Assembly (NCBI GenBank): GCA_965287045.1
Contig: OZ336878.1
Coordinates: 44,144,001 to 44,208,000, forward strand
Reading direction: 5' to 3'
Length of the DNA stretch: 64,000 bases
From: Carcharhinus amblyrhynchos
Lineage: Eukaryota
Shown: in pieces, positions 50,826-64,000 of the stretch
Numbering within the stretch: the stretch's first letter is position 1
Layout of the letters: each line of letters begins with the position of its first letter
Notes under the pieces: model-generated
The model's input: only the letters and a program-made list of their open reading frames with translations
The model's database searches: none
Told to the model about the DNA's origin: nothing
Made by a program: the position numbers and the translations under genes

Positions 50826-51954
50826 CTAAGAGAGTGAGAGTAATATTAATCTAAAACCCCCCACTACCCCTCCAGCCTAACTTCAATACAGAGTTAAATT
50901 GGTTGGGCTTCAAACAGTCAAATTCCTTCAGTGACCTGTGACACGTGTTAGGACATAATTACCCCCAGTGGCTATTCAACCAAGTGTGCATCACATCCAA
51001 ACCTAATTCTGCTCCCTACCATGGTTCACATTTTCCCGTCAGTCAGAGAGAGGATTGCCTTCAAGAGCACAAAATCCTCCTGCAGGTTCCTGTCTTAAAC
51101 AATGAAAGTACTTCAGCACAGACATTTGACCGTTTAAAAATGACGCCTCTAAATCTTCACCTATTGTATTAAGTTACATTTTCTGCCTTGCAAGTATATT
51201 TACTGACTGAATAATACATAGAAGAAAACAGAAAATAGAAGCGAAATACATCTCTGCTTGCCTTAAAGTATTTTGTTTTCCAGCCGTGTGCAATTCAGAC
51301 ACTCCCAAACCTTCCTTGGCACAAAATGTCCCGGTAATTTTGTTAATAGCATGACACACGTTTATTGCATTTTATAGCTCAGTAAAACATGGAAACTGGA
51401 TTTAGGCAATGAAATTGGAGTTATATTAAATATTTAGTGCAATTATTTAGCATCTTAACACAGTATGATTCATGACAAGAAGCCAGCATATTTTGCATGC
51501 TGTCCATCTTAATGTGGTGCTTCCATTTGTGAAATCAATTCCCGGTTACAAAGAAATCGGATTTGGTTTTCTATGGCATGTTGACAGTACACTCCACATT
51601 GGGGTAACATACTGCTTTTGAGTCTCACAAGGATACTGGAGAATCAGCAATGCTTATTTAAAAAGTTTGAATCAGCAAATTACATCAGAACTGGAAAAGT
51701 GATGCCCTGGAATTTGCCATTGGGTAACTGATAGCAGAACACATTTGTTCCACCATAACTACATTCCTCTTCATTGCACATTTTACTCAAGAATATCCAA
51801 TGTCCTCATCACATCCCATTCAACAATCTAGGATTCTAAACTGAGTGTAATTTCATCAAATTGGGACATTGTATTTGCCACTCACTATGTGGTCTCCTTC
51901 TCACTGTGTCAAAAGAACACAGATTCAGTCTGCTATCCACCTTCTCCCTGCAGA

Positions 51955-52275
51955 TAATAGAATCATAGAATCCCTACAGTGCAGAATGAGGCCATTTGGC
52001 TCATTGAGCCTGCACCAACAGCAATCCCACCCAGGTCCTATCCCGATAACCCTATGCATTCACGCACTAATCCTCTGACACAAAGGGGCAATTTTACGAT
52101 GGCCAAACCACCTAGCCCACACATTTATGGAGCGTGGGAGGAAACCAGATCACCCGGAAGAAATCCATGCAGACATAGGGAGAATGTACAAACTTTGCAC
52201 AGTCAACTGAGGTCAGAATTGAACCCGGGTCCCTGGCGCTGTGAGGCTGCAGTGCTAACTGCTGTGCCAACTATG
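51955..52275 (-). mobile_element. HE1-like V-SINE, tail type 1
   Basis: Reverse-complement match to the consensus. Confidence 0.88.
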
Positions 52276-52934
52276 CTGTCCAAATGTTTCCTGTCACTCA
52301 TCATTTCCAGTACTCCTATATTGACCACTGTGTCTTTGGTTTGTTTCTCTTTCAATGAACCTTAATGAAAACTTAAGGAACAGTGTCTCATCTTTCTAAC
52401 AAAACACTTTGCAGTGCTTCCTGAATCTGAGTATTGACTTTAACAACTTCTGGCCTTAACTGTAGGTCCTGTATTCTGTTTAACATTGGTTGCAATTTAG
52501 GTGGGCTGGTATTTCTGGGAATGTAGGAGAGGAGTGGATTGGTGCTTTGGATGTGGTGACCCAGTTGGAAAACTGTTGTTGGGATGGTTTATGCTCTTAG
52601 TGCGATCTTCCTCTCTCCAGCCAGATTTCTGGGCTATTGCAACCTGATCCATTTTGTCAGCTTTTCATATTTTCCATTCTACTTACTTTTTCTCTTTTAG
52701 CTATTCATACATTCTCCGAGTGGAAATTAAACTTCTGCGATAGCACAAAAGGGGCAGATTTATAGTGGCTATCTGTTTTATGTCACACAGATATTCAGCT
52801 CCATTAACCTCAATTGAACTGAATATCTGGTGGGTTGCAGGACACCCAATGCAATACCATTCATTTTGCCCTCTCATTAAAATAAATTTCTGCCTCTCTG
52901 TTTTGTGCCATTATGCTTTTTTCAATTTCTTATC

Positions 52935-53283
52935 ATGAGATTTCCTTCTGTCAAATGTGCGGGCATTGTTGATTGGGCCAACATTTATAGCCCTGACCTT
53001 GAGGGCATTTAAGAGTCAACCATATTGCTGTGGAGTCAGATATAGGCCAGACTAGGTAAGGACAACAGATCTCCTTCCCTAAAGGAAATTAATAACCAGA
53101 TAGGTTTTTACAGCAATTGACAATGGTTTCACAATCATCATTAGACTTTTAATTCTGGATTTTTTTTTTAATTCAAATTTCATCATCTGCAGTGGTGGGA
53201 TTTGAATACGGTCCCCAGAGCATTACTCTAGGTCTCTGAATTACTAGTCCAGTGGCAATACTATTATGCTACTGCCTCCCCCC
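52935..53283 (-). mobile_element. SINE family B
   Basis: Matches 4415-4731. Confidence 0.85.
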
Positions 53284-53601
53284 AACCTTCTGCCTTTTTA
53301 CTATTTCTTGTTTAGAGGTCAGTTTATTTCTTATCCTGCACACTGCTATTTTGTTAATTTCCTCTTTTCTTTTGATAAATGCTGATCATCAGTAATATTT
53401 TTGAGTTCTGTGAACAAATTCAACAGCCATAATGTTAACTGTGTTCTCTTGACAAATGCAGCTGACCTACAAGTGTTCCCAGCATTTCAGATTTCCAGCA
53501 CCGTAATATTTTACTTTTTGTTGAATTCAATGAAAAAAAATCTGGAATTAAAAGTCTAATGAAACCATTCTTGATTGTTGTAAAAACCATCTGCTTCACT
53601 G

Positions 53602-53930
53602 AGGGCAGTACGGTGGCACAATGATTAGCACTGCTGCCTCGCAGCTCCAGGGAGCTGGGTTCGATTCCTGATGTGGGTCACTGTTGTGTGGAGTTTGCAC
53701 ATTTTCCTTGTGTCTGCGTGGGTTTCCTCCAGGTGCTCCAGTTTCCTCCCACAGTCCAAAGATGCGTGGGTTAGGTTGATTGGACATGATAAATTAGCCC
53801 CTCGTGTCCCAGGATGTGATAGTTTAGAGGGATTAGCAGGGTAACTAAACTATAGGGTCTGGTGGAATTATTGTCAGTGCAGACTTGACGGGCTGAATGG
53901 CCTCCTTCTGTGCTGTCAGGTTTCTATGGT
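53602..53930 (+). mobile_element. HE1-like V-SINE, tail type 1, following a family-B SINE fragment (about 53520-53600)
   Basis: Consensus head, core and tail. Confidence 0.88.
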
Positions 53931-54782
53931 TTGTGTGTCACTACAGTCAGATATGTATGCTTTTAAGGCCATGTGAGGAGGGGTAAAAATCCCACCACTC
54001 TGAGTCTGACCAAAGCAAGGTTTTTGTGAATTTAGCAGTGATGGAGGTATTTACCTTTGCACTTAATCACTTACACGCTGAATATAAACAAACTAGTCTG
54101 ACTGACTTTCATCAGTTTAACACAAAATGGGGATCATTTTTATTGAGTTCCAGAACCACCCAGATAAAGATATGAAAATATTCAAAAAGATAAACCAATG
54201 TCTCGACCTGCACAACCCACCTACTCATACAGATGAGCGTGCAAAATCCACAAGTTATGCTCTTGGTAGTTACATTCTCAGCCAAATTAAAGTCCAGTGC
54301 CGAAAAATAAAAAACATTGAGTGTTCACTGATTATGAAACTGCAGTGAATTTTTCTCCACAGTGGTCTTGAGGTTTCAGGAGACAAAGCCCATGTCAGGA
54401 TGTACGTCATCCTGAACCATGCAATTGCCAGGGACAATTTCTTTTTTAAAAAAAATTAATCCATATTTTCAAGAAATCAATGAATTTTGCTGCTGAGATT
54501 CCTTTTAATGGAAATTCATTTTTACTGCGCTGGATTTTTAACTACAAAAGAAAAAGGGCCTTAACTTGGAAGAGCTGTGAAGGGAGTTTATTTCTTTTCC
54601 TGATTATTATTTAGCAGCTCACATGCTGTAGTGAGATCTCTAAAATGTGGTTATTCCAGATCTCTCTCCCCATAGTGGTTTCAGGAGATTTGGAAAGACT
54701 GTGGCTTTTGTTTCATAGTTGAGGTGATTAGATTCGGTAAAATTCCAGCCATTAACTCCTCAATATCCATGATCCATCTTAC

Positions 54783-55038
54783 CTTTCCATGTAGCTATTG
54801 TCTTAGAAGACTTTCTGGCTCTGCTGAATGGTAACTTTATAGAAATGCAAATATGATGTCCGGAGCAATTTCCAGTAAATCCTTTGAAGTAGTTCTCAAC
54901 ATCAATAGATACGAAAGTCCATGAGGATGTCTTGGCATGGTTGAATTGTAATTCACTTTGGAATTTTCCAGAAATTTGCCAACTTGCACTACCAGATGTC
55001 AAGTGACTTTTGGCAGACATCTTAAGTGTTTTTTCTTG
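54783..55038 (-). CDS. Candidate internal exon (256 nt, phase 0-1) of an unidentified gene
   Basis: Acceptor gactttttaatag, strong donor AAG|GTAAGA, single open frame QEKTLKMSAKSHL...IATWKG. Confidence 0.45.
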
Positions 55039-57159
55039 CTATTAAAAAGTCTTTTTGGAACAGTGTAGTATATGTTTGATCAACCGATGAAATTACAAAT
55101 TGATATCATTCATGCAAAATGTATGTCATCCTGACCATGCTTACATTGAAATTAAAAATATAGAAGACCTTGAATGAGGAAAGACCTTTACGTTCATCTA
55201 GCTCAGTCCTTCTCTATGTAATTATGCATTCTACTTCATCATGAGATTTACCCAAACCATTTTCAATAGAGAGCAAGTTTAGCATCAGTATCTCCTGGCA
55301 TCGAGTGAAATTCCAAACTATTTATGCTTCAATCTTTCCATTTTTCAGCTTCTGCCTCCTGGACCCTGGATGCAATTCTTCCCCCCTGTTATAGCCCTAA
55401 CATCAATGAACCCATTGGTGAAGTATTTGATCATCTCCATCTATACACATTCCAATGTCTAATGTTCCCAACCAAACATCATCCAATTATTTTTGAAGGA
55501 TGAATCCAAGATTGCAATCAGCTTTGGTGGGACTCTGCTCTACCTATGAAAAACTGTGGGAATAATTGGTAAGGGAACTGTACATCATCACAAATCACCA
55601 TTGTTAGGGTAGGGGAAAAAAGTGGAAAACAATAGAAAAATGTTATATTTATTATTGTACATATTCACTTCATGGTTGGTCTTTTACAATTTGTGACTGC
55701 ATTTTGTGTTAACAGCAGCTGAACATATGCACTCTACTGCACCACTTTGCTGCATGATGATTTTGACCACGATAGGTTAATAGTTGTATTTTTTTTTACA
55801 TATATTGAGAAATAATACAAGTTGATTACCAGGTCTTACTATAACTCTCAGAGATTTTAATTGATTTTAATTGAAGAGTTGTAGCACCAGTCTCGCACAC
55901 TTTGATTGCTGCTGCCAACGAGAATGGAGAATTCGCCGCTCAGCCAAATCTCCATTTACTGCAGCGGGACAGGAGAATCCCAGCTGCAGGCGAGGTCAAA
56001 GGATTCAGGCCATAGTTAATTAAAAATGCGCCTCTCCAAACATTATCTATTGATGTAAGTTGCCATTTGTGTGGTCCTGCAATTGATTGCTAGTTTTTGA
56101 TACAATGTTAGTATATTGGGCAGTAGATATCCAGAAATGCATTGTGTATATGTGAACACAAGATAAAAACACGTCAAATGCTTTGGGATTCCAGCAAATC
56201 ATGATTGAAAATCTGGTAATTTGTCTAACAATGACACCTCTAAATATAACATCTACATTGTAAGATTGGTAAATCTGCCTTCATAAAGTTGACTCCAGCC
56301 TATATTTAACCCATAAATAACGCACTGCAGCCTGTATTTATCCTGTATCTGATGCATTCCACATTGAATGTTACCCTGTGATACATTCTGCCAGTTTTCT
56401 AATATGTTTATGTGCTTACAACTGATATTAAATGGGCAAAGTAGATATTCTGGCATCAGGTAGAAATCTGAATCACAGGGGAGATTAATAAATATGAAAA
56501 TAAGCTGCAAATTTATGCATAGCCACCCTGTCACCTCGGTAGAAAATAATACATAATTTCAACTGAAATAATAAGCTGTAATTCAAACTGCAAAACACCC
56601 TTGTGTATGTATTCTAACTAAAGTACTGCTGCATTTGCTTTATTAAATAAATAATTTAGTTTATTCACTTATTGATATATTTTTCTCATTGTATCCAATG
56701 TAATCAGGGAAAGAGTTTGACAACCTTTTTTTATCAGACACCAAGATGCCAGCCACAGAAAGTGCATGGGAGTAGCTTCAAGGTGACTGCAACAAGCACC
56801 CCCAACACCCCCCCCCCCTTCACCACCAGCCCTATACTGTTCATAACAGCACATCTGAAATCAGTAACTCAACCAGAATTGTATGTGTGGACACAGATCA
56901 GCATTGCATGGCAATGTATTCATTATGAGCAATCCTGGTGATCCCAGCTAAACAGCTTGATGTACTGAATGTTACCTCAGAAATCAACGACAGTAACTTT
57001 AGACTATCCGTTTCATTCTGGCACACACGCACACACACACAAATTTCTGTTGAAGAGGATGTTACACTTTTACATGTTCCATGCAAAGGAATGGTTGGTA
57101 AGTCACAAGACTGGTTGTTCTCAGTGCAGCCTGGTGAAGAAGAGATTCCTTTCCATCTC

Positions 57160-57460
57160 TGAAGCATAGCAGCACAATATTTTAGCACTGCTGCTTCACA
57201 GCGCCAGGGATCTGGGTTTAATTCCCAGCTTGGGTAACTATATGTGTGGAATTTTTCGTTCTCCCCGTACATGGCTTTCCTCTGGGTGCCCCGGTTTCCT
57301 CCCACAGTCTGAATGACTGGCTGGTTTGGTGCATTGGCAATGCTAAATTCTCCCTCAATGTACCCAAACAGAAGCCAGAATGTGGCGACTAGGGGATTTT
57401 CATAATTACTTCAACGCGGTGTTAATGTAAACCGACTTGTGACAATAATAAATAAACTAA
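57160..57460 (+). mobile_element. HE1-like SINE, tail type 2
   Basis: Ends gactaggggattttc...cttgtgacaataataaataaac. Confidence 0.82.
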
Positions 57461-60400
57461 ACTAGCGAGGTGAGTTGGATAACAGGAGTCATATATTAAA
57501 GTTGTTTGATAAGATTGATTATCTGAAGTCAGTTTTCACCAGGTGATCTCATGATCAATACTTGAGAATGATTTGAAGTTAGATGTGACTGCTATACAGT
57601 ACAGAATGCATTGTGGCTGTTCATACCAACTGATGGTGAGCTGGCTTCTCTAAAGCTCTCCTTGCTACATTTGAAGCTCATAGACATGAAATGTAAAAGT
57701 TTTGCAGAAGTTCACAAATAATACAAGGGATGGGCATTAAGTGCTGGCCAGCCAGCAACACCCATGTCCCATGCATGAATAAAGAAAATTCTTGTTGGTT
57801 CAAAGGCTCTACATCTGGTTTCTTGATTAATTGTTTGAAAGGCTTTATCTTACAGTAATCATTCTGAGAGGTCACATTCACCACTTTAGAGCAGACTTTC
57901 ACCACTGCTTAGAGACAGCGACTACCCACTTATAAAGTGACTGATGACACCCATGAGGAACCCAAGCAATGAGGTTGAAAATTCTACAGTGAAAGCCATG
58001 TGACCAGCAGATGTGTCATTGCAAGCATTTGATATGCTGAAGCTGAGTTTCAGGTGACCTGAGAGATCTGGAGGTACACATCAGCTAAGCAGCTGGGGTC
58101 ATGAGAATGGTATGCACAACATTACACCACTGTGAGGAGAAAGGCATGGAGCACCTTCCCTTTTCAGAGTAAATGGAGGAGGAAGGTGATCTGGTCAATG
58201 CAACAGCAATGGCACACATTGATGCCCAGTATGCTCTCATAATGGCAAGGTTAATTTAGGTTTCAACGTTTCTCCCACGTGGCAGACACACGTTAAACCC
58301 ACCCAACATTCACTTTCTCCCAACACAGAGCAGTTCTGCAATTAAGCAAATCCCTTTTAAAGTCACCCATTGCTCGGTGTTAAGCCTTGTTTTACCGTTC
58401 ATCACAAAGAATAGGTCACTTGCCAGGCAACCACCAAAAATGGACAAGGTGGAAAAATGATGCAAACAATTAATTTTTAAGTGATTCACTGATGAAATAG
58501 AAACTTTAACTCAAACATACAACTTTGTGCAATTACAAATCTTACTCTCTTTTTTCCCCAACAGTTTCTACTTGGTATAATTCATGTAACTTCAGCAGAC
58601 ATGGAGGCAGGCTGTTCAGATCTTCTGACTGCTGAGATGGTCTTGGCCCTGGCCTCTGGACTTTGGAGCCTATGATAGCCTAGCCAAAAAAATGACTGAC
58701 ACCAACTTGTGAGGCACTGCCTGAGAGTGTGAGTGAGAATAGGAAGTGCTTTGAGCCAAGCTCCACTTCAATTTCCCCTCAAACCTCCCTTGTTACAGCT
58801 GTACTTCCCCCAGCAATGAGCTGTAAAACACTTTGCTGTAGATCAGTGGGGTGCTGAATTGAGGTGTGTGGCACCACAGTCCTGCTGTTTACCTCCTAAC
58901 CAATCCACAGATTTACCATGAGCATGCTTCCTCCTTACTTTGACTGGGTGGATGAACCTTCTGGGCGCAGATCAACCATAACAGTCACCTACGTACCCAC
59001 CTACCAACCACCACAGATGATGCACATGGTCAACTTCATCTTGAAGGATGCGCAGGAAGGGATGAATTTCTCCCTCTGGGTCCTTACAGCATCAGGTCCA
59101 GAAATCCAGTAGGATGCATTGCAACTCAATTAGGACAGTTAATTATTGTGTTCCCTCACCTCTTACTGTTCTCCCACGTGTTAGAGAGCCGCTGATAGAG
59201 CCTGTCAATTATCATTTTTGCAGTGTCCCTTTAAATAGCAGAGTTGAAATTGTCTCATGCAGGCCATCCTCATACCTACGCACAATAATCATTTGGGAAA
59301 TTTGGAAGGCAGATGCAAATGCAGGGCTTGTGTTATAGAGGCATTGTATTTATTTCTGAGTTGTGTGCATACAATCAGGAACATTTTTACCACTTCCCAC
59401 TCCCAGCAGGTCATCACACAAAAGTTCCAACCTCCCCGTCACTTCCGGCTTCATGGCCTCCTTGGCTCAAACCTTTGGTAACACCTGATTCTCTACTTTT
59501 CTGAATCTGGAGGTGTCCTGCACTAAGGCCCTTCACCTGGGCAGATGAGTCAGTGATCTCTTTCTAGTCCAATGCTACTGCGCAACCAGCCTCCAGAAAT
59601 TGTTCAAAAGTGTACTGGGATGAGTAACCCTGTTATTTATTGTATCTCCTTATGGGGAGGCGCCTACCTTCTAACCTTGAAGTGTCACTACGTGTGGAAT
59701 TTTGGGAATATCAATATGTGTCCCATTATGCCAAGGTATTTTGTACTAGATCTGCGCTGTTATGGAGCTTTTATCATTCCATATTTTAAAACATTCTGCA
59801 GTAGCCATAGAAAAATAATCTGTACACTTAAGTCAAGCAATTTTTTTCTATATTCCAGCTAACTACCTGTTCAACAAAATGTCACTGTGCATATAGCCTG
59901 GACCAAAACTAAATAAATAACTTTACAAAACCCTCAAACTACTGTTTAAAACATGTCTTGCAATGTGTGTACTTGCCACCTGCTTATTCAACAGCCTTAA
60001 GCAGTGTTTTTGATTTAGTTGACTGGCTTCACTTAATTGTCAATTACAATTATGATCCTTTATTGAAACATGAAAAATAATCACTTTTCAATCCTGACTG
60101 AGCATTTACCTTCTGAAGCTGTCTTCTGCCAGTTGTAGCCTGCCGTGTTCCAAACTGACAACTGGAAACAATTGAGTTTTGGCTCCTAAATCACCTTCTA
60201 TGGAATCACCTACAGGGAAGCATTTGTTACCATGTTATGCAGGCCTATACTATGTAGCTCTGGATGCTGTGGACTCCATCTCATTTATACTCCAAAGCAC
60301 TGATTATAAATGAGAAACAGTGGTGGCTGAGGGGACCGATCTTGAGCCCACACTCGCTGTCCGCAGCAAAGGTGGCTCAAGATTTGGTGCAACCCTGCAA

Positions 60401-61891
60401 GTTGCTGATTTCACCAAAAAGATAACTTATGATTTTTATTGCAATTCGCTAGTGATGTAATCAGGTTCATGCTCATTCTGTGAAAAATGCCCAGCTATTT
60501 TTTTGTGGCAAACTGTGGTAAGATCAGGAAAGAAGACCGACATGTTTCTCTGGAGAGAACCATGTTGTTTTTCTTGCTGGGACCATTTTTTTAGTAAGAT
60601 TCCACCAAATGGATTATATGCAGCCTTTGTATACATATACATATACATGACTGAGAATTCACAATCACGTTTTTAATTTTATCTTTATTGCCAATTCTTC
60701 CCCAGTTTCTCTCTTAAGGTTGTGACCTCTACAGGACGCTTGGTCCACGAATGACCAGGCACCTTATGTTATCTTGATCAAGTGACACCAGACAATGGAT
60801 GTCGGTAGGCTATTTGATCTTAGGATCTAGAAAGTGTCACATATTGTAATTTTTATACCTCAGAGCTCTGCAGGCATGACAATTGTCTCTAGGCATATAA
60901 CAGGTTTATTTACACTGCTTTCAACTTTGGCTTCCAGCTTTTTTTGCAGCTTTGTTTACTTTTCCCTGAGTCCCCATCCAGAATCAAGTATAGTAAGCAT
61001 CGATAATAAACTTACTCATGTAATCAATTACAGAGCAATTGAACACTACATCATAGAGTCTTACATGCTCATGTATCCCAGCTCAGAAGCAACATAATCA
61101 ACATTTTTGATAACTTATTTGTCTCTGACAATTATTTTACACAATTTGTGGCCGGGGAAGTCTAAGCCAGGGACACAATTTCATGGACCTATGATGTTGT
61201 TGCTTTCCTGGACTTTTGTGTTCTCTACATGATAAAATAAGATCCATGTGTTTGTCTTTAGTTGTACTTGCTGTATTATTTTCTGCTTCCACCGTGTGCT
61301 TTAGTCTGGCACTAAGGGTTGAATTTGGGCACATTTCAGATCTGCTATAGCTCTTGCTGCTAATGATAAAAGAAATATGACAGGTGTCCCACTTATGAGA
61401 GAGAAGAAGCTGGTAGATGGTGATATCATCAGGATTTCAAAGGATTGTTATGACTGAAGTTCCTTTAATCCCTGCTCAACTTCCTCATTGTTCTTCAAGT
61501 TCCTCAAACATGATACTTTGCTATCCACTTTGCTATCCTGATTATTGCACGTATACATTTTTTTTTTCTGCTCTAATACTCACATCCAACGTGACAGGCA
61601 GTTTCTGGATCTTAATTTGTTGTCTCATTCACTTATGGGGGTCCTGACAATACAACAAATTCGGGTAAAACAGAACTGTATTCTAATGTCCCAAGCACCA
61701 AGGACCTGAATTTTAGTTCCCTGCTGCAAGCTGTTTCAACAAGAACTCACAGTTGTACATTGCCTTTAAGGTCTTTAAGAATATCACTCAACAATTCATC
61801 GAGGACTAATCAAAATGATAGATGTCAAGTCAAAGAATTAGCTATTTGGAAGGGTGACCAAAAGAACTGTGTTTCAAAGAGCATCTTAATT

Positions 61892-62135
61892 GGCGGCATG
61901 GTGGCACAGTGGTTAGCACTCTTGCCTCACAGCTAGCTAGAACTAGGTTCAATTCCTAGCTTGTCACTGCCTGTGCAGAGTCTGATCATGGTCCAAGTGC
62001 TCCGGTTTCCTCCCAAAGTTTGAAAGGTATTTGGTGTACTCAAACAGCTGCCAGAGTGTGGCAACTTGAGGATTTTCATAGTAATTTCATTGTAGGGTTA
62101 ATATAAGTCTACTTGTGACTTTAATAAATAATCTT
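61892..62135 (+). mobile_element. HE1-like SINE, tail type 2 (degraded)
   Basis: Head ggcggcatggtggcacagtggttagcac; ends ctacttgtgactttaataaata. Confidence 0.8.
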
Positions 62136-62394
62136 TAAAAAGAAAGGTGGAGAGGGAGATGAAGTGATGGAATGATTTAGGGAGGGAATTCCAGGATATG
62201 AATTTTATAATATGGAAGGCACAACCAACATTGGTGGGGGCAAAAGATGGTGGATGCAGAAGATGTCAACAATAGTGAGTTTGAGCAGGATATTTTAAGA
62301 GAAGGTTACAGAGTTAGGAAGAAGAAATGCTGTAAGGCTGTTTGAATATGAAACTCTACATTTGGTAGAATGGGAGTCGATGTATGGGAGAAGA

Positions 62395-63280
62395 TGCATA
62401 GAGGTTTATAGCATGGAGACAGGCCCTTCAGCCCAACTTGTCCATGGTGCCCTTTTTTTAAACCCCTAAGCTAATCCCAATTGCCTACATTTAGCCCATA
62501 TCCCTCTATACCCATCTTACCCATGTAACATCTAAATGCTTTTTAAAAGACAAAATTGTACCTGCCTCTACTACTACCTCTGGCAACTTGTTCCAGACAC
62601 TCACCACCCTCTGTGAGAAAAAATTGCCCCTCTGGACCCTTTTGTATCTCTCCCCCTCTCACCTTAAACCTATGCCCTCTAGTTTTAGACTCCCTTAGCT
62701 TTGGGAAAAGATATTGACTATCTAGCTGATCTATGCCCCTCATCATTTTATAGACCTTTATCAGATCACCCCTTAGTCTCCTACACTCCAGAGAAAAAGC
62801 CCCAGTTTATCCAACCTCACCTTATACCGCAAACCATCAAGTCCCAGTAGCATCCTAATAAATCTTTTCTGCACTCTTTCTAGTTTAATAATATCTTTTC
62901 TATAATAGGGTGACCAGAATTGCACACAGTATTCCAAGTGTGCCCTTACCAATGTCTTGTACAACTTCAACAAGACATTCCAACTCCTGTATTCAATATT
63001 CTGACCAATGAAACCAAGTATGCCAAATGCCTTCTTCACCATTCTGTCCACCTGTGATTCCACTTTCAAGGATCTATGAAGCTGTACCCCTAGAGCTCTT
63101 TGTTCTGTAAATCTCCCCAATGGGCTACCATTAACTGACAAAGTCCTGCCCTTGTTCAATCTACCAAAATGCATCACTTCGCATTTACCTAAATTAAACT
63201 CCATCTACCCCCATTCATCAGCCCACTGGCCCAATTGATCAAGATCCCATTGTAGTCCGAGATAACATTCTTCACTGTCC
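62395..63280 (-). mobile_element. CR1/HER1-like LINE 3' fragment of a different subfamily
   Basis: ORF 62773-63204 (MEFNLGKCEVMHFG...HLEYCVQFWSP); tail ttgggctgaagggcctgtctccatgcta, resembling the HE1 type-1 tail. Confidence 0.9.
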
Positions 63281-63436
63281 ATTCATTGATGGATAAGTGG
63301 GATTTCATGTGAGATAAGATACAGGCAACAGCTTTTATTTTAATTAATTCATAGAAAATGGTCATCACTGGCTCGGCCAACATTTACTGTCCATCCCTAA
63401 TTGCCTTAGAGAAGATGGTGGTGAGTTGCCTTCTAA

Positions 63437-63762
63437 TAGAATCATAGAACACCACAATGTAGAAAAGAGGCTATGCGGCCATCGAATTTACACTGACCAC
63501 AATCCCACCCAACCCCTATCTCCACAACCCCATGCATTTACCCTAGCTAGTCCCCCTGACACTAAGGGACAATTTAGCATGGGCAATCCACCTAACCCAC
63601 ACATCTTTATATTGTGGGAGGGAACTGGAGCACCTGGAGGAAACCCAGGCAGACATGGGGAGAATGTACGAACTCCACACAGACAGTCACCCAAGTTGGG
63701 AATCGAACCTGGGTCCCTGGCGCCATGAGGCAAGAATGCTAACCATTATGCCACCGTGCCAC
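63437..63762 (-). mobile_element. HE1-like V-SINE, tail type 1
   Basis: Reverse-complement match to the consensus. Confidence 0.88.
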
Positions 63763-64000
63763 CTGAACTCCTGCAGTCCAGATAATGTAGGTACTTTAAA
63801 TGAGATTTACTTTACAGCCACGTGAATATATTTGGTGGGAGAAGCACTGGTTGGCGAGCCTTAAAGTAACAAAGGCGTGAATAAGAGTTATGGCACCAGG
63901 TAGCTAGCTAACAGTGAAGAACATAATAGAGGACGAAGTAGGGTGTTTTGTGATGCCAAGATTATCCAGTCAGAAACTCAAACTGGGGTCAACCAGAATG

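Noticed and set aside
51284-51333. Plus-strand 50-nt micro-exon (ttttgttttccag...CCG|GTAATT)
   Set aside because: No partner exons or recognisable peptide, and not LPCAT1-like; expected by chance.
56850-57097. Plus-strand exon ending at a strong TTG|GTAAGT donor
   Set aside because: Frames checked from the candidate acceptor hit stops, and the segment includes a CA repeat.
60436-60830. Exon-like segments near 60.4-60.8 kb
   Set aside because: Splice signals and open frames do not coincide on either strand.
1-64000. CRISPR array, retron/DGR-type RT system or other prokaryotic defence locus
   Set aside because: No repeat-spacer periodicity or operons. Every RT ORF belongs to a eukaryotic LINE or LTR element with a LINE tail or decay lesions.

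Overview
Repeat-dense, AT-rich vertebrate genomic DNA. The HE1/V-SINE-like SINEs, CR1 LINEs with an esterase ORF1, Deu-domain SINEs and Harbinger-like MITEs indicate a cartilaginous fish (shark); this is an inference. No intact host gene, rRNA, tRNA gene, CRISPR array or prokaryotic system is visible. The window holds about six young CR1 copies, one of them near full length at 42251-46032, about 18 HE1-like SINE segments with two different tails, older LINE and SINE families, and decayed Ty3/Gypsy and Ty1/Copia elements, several of them nested. The most notable item is an orphan 99-bp LPCAT1 EF-hand exon (18796-18894). It is apparently pre-spliced to the last codons of the preceding exon, keeps its downstream donor plus about 120 bp of intron, and is joined to a young CR1 inside a shared ATGT duplication, so it looks like a CR1-mediated chimeric retrocopy or 5' transduction. 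A chain of minus-strand exon-like segments (55 kb to 7 kb) may be an unrecognised, possibly decaying gene. Repeat boundaries were read by eye and are approximate. Family names come from recalled consensus motifs, not database searches.
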